From Mizuhopecten yessoensis (Eukaryota), in the NCBI RefSeq assembly GCF_002113885.1, contig NW_018405338.1, positions 577,888 to 641,887 of the forward strand: 64,000 bases of DNA. Reading direction: 5' to 3'. This document shows positions 51,580 through 63,103 of this stretch, piece by piece. A program made the position numbers and the translations under genes. A model generated the notes under the pieces. The model saw only the letters and a program-made list of their open reading frames with translations, had not been told where the DNA came from and did not search any database. Each line of letters starts with the position of its first letter. The stretch's first letter is position 1.

Positions 51580-52030
51580 AAGTCATATAACCTTCCATAT
51601 ACCTCATATTTTGGGGGTTTGGGATGGCGGAGTATTTGGAGGTCCAGAAATTTATTACTACCATAAGGTATGGTATACCTAGTCAGGTTGTCTATGCTCC
51701 TGTGATGAGCTCAAAGGTCATATAATCTTCCAATGTCAATTGACCTCATATTTTGGGGGTTTGGGATGGCGGAGGATTTGGAGGTCTAGAAATTTATTAC
51801 TTCCATAAGGTATAAGGTATACCTAGTCAGGTTGTATACACACTCTTGTGATGAGTTCAAAGGTCACACTACATTCTGATCTTCAAAAGACATTTCCTGT
51901 TGGAGGTTTGGGATGGCTGAAGGTGAGAAATATATTACTACCATACCGTATGGTATACAAAGTCAGTTTGTATTTACCTACGAAATGAGGTCAAAAGTCA
52001 TGCTGCCCTCCGACCTAGAATGACCTTATA
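51580..52030. repeat. ~142-bp tandem repeat x3, probably HINE-internal
   Basis: ACCTCATATTTTGGGGGTTTGGGATGGCGG at 51601 and 51743, third copy degenerate; AAAGGTCA motifs. Confidence 0.8.
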
Positions 52031-52439
52031 GTTTCCAGATTTCTCTGGGATGTGTAAGACATATACAACATTAAGGCCTTGTATTATACGACTTTGTCTT
52101 TTGAAAATGTAAAAGAATAAAATTAAGTCGTATGTAAAATTTAAACTTAACATATATTCTTATCACTTAAAATTAAGCTTAAAACTCAGCTTATCTAGAA
52201 ATATTTTTAGGATCCCTGGAGTGTTTATTTCAGTAGATCTTAACTAAGATATATCAAGCACCAAATTGATCTTGACAATCTTAATTTGACTTAAAGGATG
52301 ACAGCCTCTCATCCTTGTGCTTTAGAAATTTATGCTGTTGAGATGGTTTGACTGAAGTCAAAATACATTCATTTTTATCTCAATTTTATGTATAAAATGT
52401 ACATGTATTTGGATGTATGTGATAAAAAGTATTGTTGAG

Positions 52440-53425
52440 CACCCAAAAACACATTTCCTCCACCCCAAGGCGCAAATTCCATATCTCACACCCCGAAGTA
52501 AGCCTTATCCCTTTTCATGCCCCACCTCTACATTTCTCACTCACCCAACCAAAAATCCCTATTCCTCCCTCCCTAGTTAATGTGTTTTCCTCACTTTCCC
52601 CACCCAACCTCTGCCCTGCAAACATGCACCCCTCCCCATCATATACTTATTTTCCCTTCTCACACCCTGCCCCTACATTTCCACCTGCCACCAAAAAAAC
52701 ACCTCACATTATTCTCTCTGCAGCAAATGTGTTCTCCCCCATCCCTAACCCATGGCCACCCACCCCCACTCCGCCTCCCCATCACAAATTTCTGTCTCTA
52801 CCCCATTGTCTCCCCCAGTAAGTATACTTCTCTCGGTTTCATTCTCACCTTACCAGTACCAATGATACACCTGTCCTTAATTAGTAAGACCATACATCTG
52901 CCAGATCTCAAACGAAGCAGGACTAACAAGTTACACCTGTGTCTATACATCCTCCTTTGTACCCGGCCTAACCTACCTATAGTATGGTATCCCCTATCAC
53001 ACATCCAGACATATACTCCCTACTGTAGTTTTGATATCCTATTTGCTCCTTCCTGCCAACTCATAGTCACACTGTTTGCTTATCCTTCCCTTCATATCCC
53101 AATATTGTTTGTCTGATCCCTACCCCCTATCCCCCCCCCTCTAGACACACACCTCCCAAATTCCCAGTCATTCATATCTCCTAACAGTTCCCCCTCCCCC
53201 AATTCTAAACTCCTTTGATTTTGATATTGTGTTATACATTGTTAAACTTGTTACCCCATCCCTCCAACCTCTTACCCTTTCCCATCCCCAACCTAACAAT
53301 TACCTTCCGATCCCCCACTCCTCAACCCAACATCTACCCTAAAACAACTTGTACACAGTCCCTCCATTTCTACTCCAACCCCAAAACCGCCTTGGCCCCC
53401 CCCCCAACCCCCACCTCAAACTTGT
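52440..53425. repeat. C-rich low-complexity tract
   Basis: Dense CCC runs and few G on the + strand; no clear period. Confidence 0.7.
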
Positions 53426-54309
53426 GATCTTATATAAATGAACGACTTTTGAAACTTCTGACACCATCCTTCAATTTATGCTTATCAATATGCATATTTT
53501 AATAAAAATTTGTGTCATTTCTGTGAAATCTTGGGATATGCTAATAAATACAGAAGATCTTGTTAATATTTATAAATTGATATTATACAATTGTTTGCAA
53601 CATAAAGCTATCAAATTCAGAATGAAATTTACTTTTAAAGTTACAATTATATAATCTGGTCAAAATGGATGGCTTAATTATTCTATAATTGCACAAAAAC
53701 GACCTTAATGTGCCAGCTGTGAAATTTTGACCCAATCTTGTTTAAAACAAAGTCTATTAGAGGGTAATGTTGTTTAAAAAACAATTATACCCTGTCTAAT
53801 GAGGTTAGAGAAAGTCCCAAGTTGTTTTAACTCCATCTTATCGGTCAATCATATGTCAGATGTTGGAGCTTAAAGAAAACAGTTTGGCAGAATTGGCAGT
53901 GAAATGCAATTAAAGTTGTCCTTGAAAGCTACTTTGACCTTGTATATTTCAGTAAGTGTATCTTTCATTACCATTTCGCAGACGGACTGCCAGTTACTAG
54001 GTCATCTACGATTCTCTAACTAGATGCAAACGAGTTATACCAATACCTGCGGACAGAAGTAATTAACAGATATAATCTAATTACGGAGCAGTACAAACAA
54101 TGCTATAGGCCATTGTTATCTATTATCCCCTCCCAGACTCCCCCATCTTCATCAGACGTAATGGCGACATACCTTTGGCCCTAAATCGACCACAGATCAC
54201 CTTACCGAAATAATATGCATATTTTTCCAGGTGACTATCGGCCTATAAATGTTTGTTATAATTACGGAGATGTTTACCTTGTAGTACTATACCTGTCTAT
54301 TGTGTAGGT

Positions 54310-54742
54310 TTTAGGAGGGGGACGGGTAAAGGATGGCTGGGGAAGGGGAGGGAGGGAGAGGGGGACAGGTAAAGAATGGGTGGAGTAGGGCAGGGAGGGA
54401 GAGGGAGAGGGGGACAGGTTAAGAATGGGCGGAGTAGGGCAGGAACGGAGAGGGAGAGGGGGACAGGTAAAGGATGGCTGGGAAAGGGGAGGGAGGGAGA
54501 GGGGGACAGGTAAATAATGGGCAGAGTAGGGCAGGGAGGGAGAAGGAGAGGGGGACAGGTTAAGAATGGGCGGAGTAGGGCAGGGAGGGAGAGGGGAAGG
54601 TAAATAATGGGTGAAGTAGGGCAGGGAGGGAGAGGGGGAGGGGGACAGGTAAAGAATGGGTGGAGTAGGGCAGGGAGGGAGAGGGGGACAGGTAAAGAAT
54701 GGGTGGAGTAGGGCAGGGAGGGAGAGGGAGAGGGGGACAGGT
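54310..54742. repeat. Purine/G-rich ~40-50-bp minisatellite running into the assembly gap
   Basis: Unit approx. GGGGGACAGGTAAAGAATGGGTGGAGTAGGGCAGGGAGGGAGA. Confidence 0.9.
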
Positions 54743-55519
54743 NNNNNNNNNNNNNNNNNNNNNNNNNNNNNNNNNNNNNNNNNNNNNNNNNNNNNNNNNN
54801 NNNNNNNNNNNNNNNNNNNNNNNNNNNNNNNNNNNNNNNNNNNNNNNNNNNNNNNNNNNNNNNNNNNNNNNNNNNNNNNNNNNNNNNNNNNNNNNNNNNN
54901 NNNNNNNNNNNNNNNNNNNNNNNNNNNNNNNNNNNNNNNNNNNNNNNNNNNNNNNNNNNNNNNNNNNNNNNNNNNNNNNNNNNNNNNNNNNNNNNNNNNN
55001 NNNNNNNNNNNNNNNNNNNNNNNNNNNNNNNNNNNNNNNNNNNNNNNNNNNNNNNNNNNNNNNNNNNNNNNNNNNNNNNNNNNNNNNNNNNNNNNNNNNN
55101 NNNNNNNNNNNNNNNNNNNNNNNNNNNNNNNNNNNNNNNNNNNNNNNNNNNNNNNNNNNNNNNNNNNNNNNNNNNNNNNNNNNNNNNNNNNNNNNNNNNN
55201 NNNNNNNNNNNNNNNNNNNNNNNNNNNNNNNNNNNNNNNNNNNNNNNNNNNNNNNNNNNNNNNNNNNNNNNNNNNNNNNNNNNNNNNNNNNNNNNNNNNN
55301 NNNNNNNNNNNNNNNNNNNNNNNNNNNNNNNNNNNNNNNNNNNNNNNNNNNNNNNNNNNNNNNNNNNNNNNNNNNNNNNNNNNNNNNNNNNNNNNNNNNN
55401 NNNNNNNNNNNNNNNNNNNNNNNNNNNNNNNNNNNNNNNNNNNNNNNNNNNNNNNNNNNNNNNNNNNNNNNNNNNNNNNNNNNNNNNNNNNNNNNNNNNN
55501 NNNNNNNNNNNNNNNNNNN
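54743..55519. other. Assembly gap (777 N)
   Basis: Run of n. Confidence 1.
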
Positions 55520-57089
55520 GTGGGGGGGGTGGGGTGGAGATACGTGGAGTAGCAGTGTTTGAGTGAAGAGACATAGGTAGTGTTTTCAACTTAGGGTAGA
55601 ACACAGACATTCACCGCAAAAACACTAGGTCTATGGAAATCCTTATGGTTATAGAACAAGTTGTCTAGAGTGTTTATGATTCATTGAGAAGCGTATATGA
55701 TATTGAGAGAAGTGTTTTGTAAAATCAGTTTTCTGTGTTCGTTATCATGTAAAACCTTATTTTACTGCCACTGTTTGTCCAGAGAAATGTTGGCATTATA
55801 AAGGGGTTTTGGGATAAATTGCAGGAACTATATAAGTAATTCTTCAGATAACAAGAAATAGGGAGATTAAAATATGTTGGCAGTAAACCAGGTGGCAGAT
55901 GAAACATTATATTGAGGTTTTAGTTTTTACTGGGTTTTTTTTCTTCTTAATTTATCAAGCAATTAACATTAAATTCTGATGTCATTCCCCCCTCTTCATT
56001 CAACCACCCATTTCTCACACCCTAAATCCCCACCAGCTCAGTTACTCCTCCATATGTGCTTTTTGGCTATAAACAATAGTCTGCCAGATTGTACATGTGT
56101 TTTAATCCACCCAGGCCTGGGTCCAGGATCATCCTTTGGGGCATTCAATTCTGAACAAGTATGACACACATTTTGGTATGGCAGCATCTGTCCTTATAGC
56201 TACAAGCTTTACCTATATTTTAGTTCAGACTTGATCTGTGATATGAAATGTCTTCATGTGAAATTTTGCAATAAAGCAGACGAAGAGAAGGAGACCTTGA
56301 TCACAGATTTACTAAAGGACAATTCAATTTCTGATGCTTATTTCTGGAGTAAGTTTTATGATTGATCTCTGAGTTGTGTTACTGACCTTCCCTGAGGTGG
56401 TCATGAACACTTATTAACCTGAATATTGTGGTATTAACCAATGTAAAGGTAGTTTGACATGTACTGACAATGCTTCATCACTCAGACCATCATGTAGTGG
56501 ATATAGGGCCGTTCCTTTACTTCCTCATTCAGGTTACTGTTGTTCTCAACACTGGGACAGCACAAATCATGTTCTGATCGTAGGAAATGGCCATGGAGGT
56601 TAATCCAATTTGGGAATCTCTGGACAGGGAGGACATTTGGCACCGAACATGTTTGGCTGTATGACCTCATGTTATCATCCTTATCACAGGGATGGGAGGT
56701 AAAAACATGTGTAGACTATAAAAATGACCTGGGATAACACCTAAAGTCGGTAAAAATGCTGGGTTTTACCACCAGGGAACAGAGTTATAGCTGTGCCTGG
56801 CTTTGCTAGTGTGATAGTGTAAGGTAGGTGGGGAGGAGTTGGAAGGGGGATGAGTAGCTTCGCTGTTGGTTGTCTTGTTTTGGGGGAGGAGGGGGTTGAA
56901 GTAATTGTTGGTTGGGGTACGTAGGGGTTATTGGGNAAGAAAATTATCAGGGTGGGGGGGGTTCCTGAAGCCCAAAAAACCCGTCTGGATCCGCCACTGG
57001 TCACTGTAGTAATGCACTATGATAATATTTATAAGGGGAGGGAGGGAGGGGGTTGTCTGATGTGTTGTATTCTGTTCAGATCAGAACAT

Positions 57090-57280
57090 GGGTAGACTAG
57101 ACTTGACCACTGGTTGACCACACATAAGGTCAAGTTATATGGTTATGATGGGACATGTTCAGTCTTTCATAAACCTGTAATAGACTTAGATATGACCACT
57201 GGTTGACCACAGCATAATTAACCAGTGTCCAGTCCTATGTAAACATGTGGTAGACTAGATTTGACCACTGGTTGACCATA
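57090..57280. repeat. Degenerate ~80-bp repeat x3
   Basis: TAGACT..A.TTGACCACTGGTTGACCA at ~57093, ~57181 and ~57251. Confidence 0.7.
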
Positions 57281-57581
57281 CATGTCAGGTTCTACGGTCT
57301 GTGTAAACTGTCCATAATAAATTTTGCTGTGTATTGGTCAGAAATCAAATTATGGGTCGGTATGCTTATTTGTCAAAAGGATTTTTAATGTAATATTGAG
57401 GTCACTACAGAGTTTGTTGGGGTGACTGGGGCATTGGTAGTGACATGTTGTGTATGGATTTGTCCTGAATTTGTACAAGAGAGACAATTTTCCCTTAAAA
57501 AAAACCCACAACAAAATCTACCAGCTACTACAGTAAATACTGAAGACATCAGTCTAGTAGTGAGTTTATGTATCACAACCA

Positions 57582-57672
57582 TTAAGTCATTCACCGCCAC
57601 ATATTTAAACTGGACTTACCCAGTCTTTGATTTGGTAAGGTTCAAGTGTGACTGTAGGGGTGAACGGGTTAA
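57582..57672. mobile_element. TTAA-flanked micro-MITE family C
   Basis: TTAA|GTCATTCACC...GGTGAACGGG|TTAA, 91 bp, internal sequence differs from families A and B. Confidence 0.7.
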
Positions 57673-57923
57673 GCATTTATGTGTGACGTTTCTGGGACTA
57701 GTATGATGCATACCCTGTCACCTTCATCAGACAAATGACCAGTGAATCGTATGTACACAAAGGTGTAAAATATATAAAAGTTGGCAATGTATAATCAAAG
57801 TCAATGCAGATATATGCTACCAGCATATGTACTCTTACTTGTTATACATGTACAAAATGATGAATCATACCCACAATATGATTGTGCTACGTTTTGTTTA
57901 ATACCTGTACATAGAGGTGCAAG

Positions 57924-58188
57924 AGTCTATGAGCCCCCTCATCTCGGTTCAGAAATGTTCATACTTACCAACCTGAAGAAAATGTTTAGAGATAGACATC
58001 AGTCTCCTGCCAGTGTACTCACTCATGAAAGGTTGCAAAAGAAATCAATCGATCAATAAGTCTATGAGCCCCCTCATCTCGGTTCAGAAATGTTCTCATG
58101 CTTACCATCCTGAAGAAAATGTTTAGAAATAGACATCAGTCTCCTGCTAGTGTACTCATTCATGAAAGGTTGTAAAAGAAATAAATCT
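57924..58188. repeat. 135-bp tandem duplication
   Basis: AGTCTATGAGCCCCCTCATCTCGGTTCAGAAATGTTC at 57924 and 58059. Confidence 0.92.
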
Positions 58189-60029
58189 GTCGTCATCGAT
58201 ACATTTGTGGTCGAACCAGGAGGATTGGGCAGCTCAGTGTTGGTGGTGATGCGTTTTTTCTCCACTCTGCTTTATGATGTAATATGTAAGCTGGCTATGG
58301 TTCTGCCCTCAATTGTGGTTATTACGTACACACAGGTGTAGGGTACAAAACTGTGCTGCTAGGTAGTTCCTGCCCCAGAATGTGGTTGGTTTGTAACGAT
58401 CATGTAGATTTTGAATGGTAGTTTTATCAGAAGCCCTGTGAGGAGAGTAAATCAATTTTTGATAAACTTTAAAATAAAAATTGTGCCCTAGCTATTTTGT
58501 GGATGGGTTGGTCATGTAATGTTTGCCATATCTGTCCTGTCCTATCCCTTCCCTTAAATCATGTCTTGTCCCGGCCCGTTCAGTGTCATTATTCTAAAAA
58601 CTTCATTTCTAAAATAATTTTGATTAAATTTATTTCAAGTACATGTAGTACAATTCATGAAATGAGTTCATTTTTTGGGGGTTTCAAGGTCAAGCCTGAA
58701 CAATTCTCAAACTTTTGCTTGTAACAACGCATCTGTGACCTCCTACCAACATCCCAAAGAACTCTTTACTTGAAATACTACACAACCTGGGCCCATATTC
58801 ATGAAACCATTCTCTTGCTCAAGTAATTGATTGGTCCTGCATTAACCCACTGGCTTTCCATGCATACAGCTCGGGTCTGTTTCCAAGTACAAGTTAGGAA
58901 TTGTCAGAGATATGATTTTTTGCCTTTCATAGATTCTCTTGGGCGTTCTACCAGAGTTGTCCCTGTGATAGTACTCGAGAAAATTGAGGTAACCTTCAAA
59001 TATACAATAAAACTTATTCTGCCACGATTTCTCCAGTGACAAGTTTGGCTCTATAAAGAGGTGTTGTAGTTTGACAAATGAACAATATCCTGGACTTGTC
59101 ACAGAAAAAAGTAAAATGGGACCATGGAATAGGTTGGCGGTAATTATAACTGAGGTGGCAATAGAATTGAGGGGAATTACTGAAATTAAGTGTTGCTCTC
59201 ACGTTAAAGGTTAGACTTTGTATAGACTTGCTAAAGTCATTTTAACCTACTAAATCATATTATCAGTTCATTTTTACGACGTCAGAAGGACCTTCCACAA
59301 GCAAAGACAAATCAAAACAATGGTTTCATTTTCACACGCGATATTTTTATCCAATAATAGTCACCGTTACAGCCTTCAATTAAATTAGGACTTGTAACGA
59401 TTCTATAATGATGTTCAGATAATCTGGGTGTGATGAAGTATTCGTCAGACTTACGATGTTGTAACTAGATGACTGTCTAATATGTCTGCAGGCTGGAGTG
59501 GCTTCCAACACCTCAGAGAGAAATGATCTAATTCTACGCCCACTTTGTCGGTAATTTTGATGGAACTTTTAGGGATGATACATATTGGACCACGACGTTG
59601 TTGAATATACTTGTATGAGGATTGTATCATAGCCAATCTAAAGGACTTTTTGTCATTTATCTGTATTTGAACTGTGTGTCACCACAATGTTTATTTATAG
59701 TACCGCTGTGCCACCTTTTCATAGCTGTGAATGATTAATTTCTACTTGGAACTTTGCTGAAGGAAAGTTAGGAAAGTTGTCTTCCTCTGGTCCCAAAATA
59801 TAAATTTGTAATAAAAACAACACTGGGTACTTAACAACAGAGTGATTTGACAATCTTTACTTGCTTCTACAGTTTCGACCTACTTTAGGACAAAGTCACT
59901 ATATAGGGTTAGGTGGTTTATTCAAATTTTGTATTTTCTGGTCCTGGCTAACGGCGATGTAACATTACGATCCCTATAACGGATGTATGAGGTGTCTGAC
60001 GATGAATATATTTCAGCGAGCATATCACA

Positions 60030-60062
60030 ATGTTAATGGAAATTAGAAATTCGGGAAGGGGT
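60030..60062 (+). CDS. Weak candidate alternative first exon, MLMEIRNSGRG, phase-0 donor
   Basis: ACAATGT start, upstream in-frame TGA at 60003, donor GGT|GTAAGT at 60063 (no G at -1). Confidence 0.25.
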
Positions 60063-61794
60063 GTAAGTAAGTAGGATATGGTGTTCCGTTATAGATGAAT
60101 ATATAATAAAGTTCCATCCCATAATGGTCGTGAGGCCTTGAATGATAATTGAGGTCCATCCTACAGCTATACGCTAGAAGCCTCAGCATGTATTATGTAG
60201 GTAGGCGGCTGGTAATTTGTTTATTTACAGATCAAAGTTTTAATCTCGAAGTTTGGTTTTGTCACGGAAACTGTCAGTTGGGGTCACTGCCAATATGATG
60301 GGTTAACATGTTTAAATTACACCAAAATGAGAATATATGGAAAATACATGTCAATCGGTGGGATGGGTAATGGGTTACCTCCCTTTTCAAGTGGTATCCA
60401 TGTAAGCATCTTTTATGCTTTAAATAAAGATGGTTTCTCGAAACCATGCAATCACTTCAAAAACAAGACAGTGAACCACCAGCCAGAATAGTCTATAGAT
60501 GGTATGTGGACCAGCAAACAAAATGATGTCAAAAATTGGTCGCAAAATTACAGATACAGAATGTTTATTAAGATAATAGGGAAAAAAAATGTAATTGACA
60601 TCCCGCTAGCATACGAGGATGGGTGTGCATTGTGGTACCCAGACAGGTGGCCTGATACAGGGAGTATATAATCTCTAACGAACAAAGTGTTCATCTATAC
60701 CGCCGACCTACAGTCTTCATTTATATAGACACACTAGAGAATTTGGCAAACTTACAGACGAGCAGCACACACATATTCCATCATTATTACATGTAGGTAG
60801 GTGTGCATGTCTTCGGTCTGGCAAGGAAAGCGCTGTTATATAGCATTCAAATACCACATGTTGTAACAGAGGATCGACCTGACTCACGGAGAGGAGACGA
60901 TTGCAGGTTCGGTTGTTGGTGTGTATTTAGTTCCGAGAGTATGGTTCTCATTAGTGACTGCAATTATCGTAATTCTAAATGGGATTCAACTGAAAAGTGT
61001 CTGGTTTTTGCGGTGTTGCGAAGAATGGGGGCAGTTAGCTCTCTTGCATACATATTCTTCCTAAAATAAACTGTGTGGTCGCGACTTCTTGATCGGTCTT
61101 GTGTAAATGTCAACAAACAAAAGTATTCATATATATATAAGTGTAGATTGCCAATTTATATTTGTATGACATTTGACCTGCGTTAAGATAGCATAAACAT
61201 ACTTTATTACCCATACAAAACCTACAGTTCTGCTCATTGTAAAACCATATGGAAACAGTTTTTGATCTAATAAGGATGCGGAGTCTGGGTAAATGACAAG
61301 TCTGGACCCTCTTTTTAGAAACATTTATCATCCAGACACCATATCTTGTATATTGACCATTTTACTGCCACCAACAAGAAGATATGAAGGGCATTTTATC
61401 CCTCTCCGTGGTTTTATTCCCCACAAATAAAGCACTGTATTGTTCTGAAAATTGCATTGGTTACTATCTAATGTCCATGGCAGTCTTACATTCATTCAAT
61501 TACTCGTTAACTGAACTGACGCAGTGCCATTTTTTGGGGTAGAAGTTCTCTGAATAAAAAAAGCAACCAGAAAATTTCTGTAAATTATGAAATCTGGTAC
61601 AGAAAAGGTATAATCTTTTCGATGAGTAATATACGGGTTCCAGGGAATTTTGAAGTTGGGATAATGATGAAATATGGTGGGGATTCCTAGAATCATCATT
61701 TTCATGCTCAGGATGAAAAATGCCTTGGTTATAGTAATATAGTTTTATAAGTGGACAGTTCACATTTTAATTCTTCAGATTACTTTCACATAGA

Positions 61795-62003
61795 GAAAAA
61801 CCTCCATATAAAGCCCCTTGTTTCATTTGCCAATATGTTCAGTTTTTAAAAAAAAATCCATATAAAGCCCCTTGTTTCATTTGCAGAAATGTTCAGTAAT
61901 CAGAAACCCCCATATAAAGCCCCTCGTTTCATTTGCTGAACTGTTCAGTAATCAGAAACCTCCATATAAAAGCCCCTCGTTTCATTTGCCAATCTGTTCA
62001 GTA
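61795..62003. repeat. ~53-bp tandem repeat x4
   Basis: CCATATAAAGCCCCT.GTTTCATTTGC....TGTTCAGT recurs four times. Confidence 0.88.
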
Positions 62004-62334
62004 AAACAATTGCAATGTCTGCCTTCTTGTTTTTGTAAACAGTTCATTTTCATGTTCCTTCCATACATTGCCTTAATTACCCTTTTATAATGCCAACTAA
62101 TTGTTTGGCAAATGGTGGAACTATAATAAGGTTTAACAGTATCTAAGGTATCATTCCTGATTTGTTTTCCACACATTTCTGTCATTAGTACTATATTCAC
62201 CTATCTAAACCTCTAACTGGTATTGCTGTGCACTTCTAGAACATATGCACCCCTGACAGGTTTTAGATACTTCAATATTTATCCTTGGTGGACAGATAGC
62301 GCACTCATTTACACCAAGATGACCTGTCTGCACC

Positions 62335-62472
62335 ATGTGGTTTTCTCGGGGTACTCTGTACCCTGTGTCCTCCCACATCAAGACCCTTGCACGCTACCAT
62401 CCAGGCCAGTAGGAGTGTTTGATATAAGTTGATAGAACTTGTTTCATAATCGTCGTAAAATAAAATAAAGTT
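62335..62472 (+). mobile_element. V-domain SINE (second family) fragment
   Basis: GTGGTTTTCTCGGGGTACTCT...TCCTCCCACA core; tail shared with 30795. Confidence 0.7.
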
Positions 62473-62549
62473 TATATTCAATACTTATCCTACTCATTTG
62501 ACAAACAACAGAATGTGATATTTAGAAAAATGCCAAATTGTTTTTGCAT

Positions 62550-62668
62550 GTTGATAATATGATTGATGTTGTTTTTTCTGTATTTTGTAGGTAAGTGGTA
62601 TTTTGTTTGATGACAGAGAGACAAAAGAATGTTAAGGGGAGACAGTGGGACATACAGGTTGTAAGTAT
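62550..62668 (+). other. Candidate recursive splice site (AG 62589-62590 | GTAAGT 62591) with 70-nt RS-exon 62591-62660
   Basis: GTTGTTTTTTCTGTATTTTGTAG abutting GTAAGT; no other AG for over 60 nt upstream; second donor GTAAGTAT at 62661. Confidence 0.7.
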
Positions 62669-63028
62669 TCAGTATATGTGATAAAACATGCCTGTTGACA
62701 TCATTCAGCTGAGAGAAGTCTTTCCCAGTGTTGTTTAGTATTTCACATCAAGGTTGACATATTTTAAGGGAATGGTGCTGTCGGTCCAATTTCCAGTGTA
62801 AAATTCTTCTGAAACGTTTGACCAGACTTTACTAAAAGGAAAATATGAAGGTGATGAAACGGGAAAATTGACAAAGTTAACTCTGTATAAGCTTTTCACG
62901 TGTGTAGTAACAGTACAGCTATATGTGATGTCCTAGATTGTCCCTCAGATGGTGTCCTCACAATCATTAATAATACATGATCATTTAGAAATTGGTGTGA
63001 TTTTAAATTATTTACAAAGGATTGATAT

Positions 63029-63103
63029 TTAATTCATTCACCCCTGAAATTTTATAATAAACTATTCCAACCTTTGAATTGGAAGAGTTCAAATGTGGCT
63101 TCA
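63029..63103 (-). mobile_element. Micro-MITE family A, reverse orientation, truncated
   Basis: TTAATTCATTCACCCCTGAAATTTTATAATAAACTATTCCAACCTTTGAATTGGAAGAGTTCAAATGTG is the reverse complement of the family A sequence. Confidence 0.85.

Noticed and set aside
52432-53427. Pro-rich ORFs
   Set aside because: Explained by C-rich low complexity.
54215-54236. ATTTTTCCAG|GTGACT as a recursive site
   Set aside because: Short tract, weak regenerated donor and no strong downstream donor.
54297-55610. Longest ORFs (287-437 aa)
   Set aside because: They span the 777-N gap and the G-rich repeat; artefacts.
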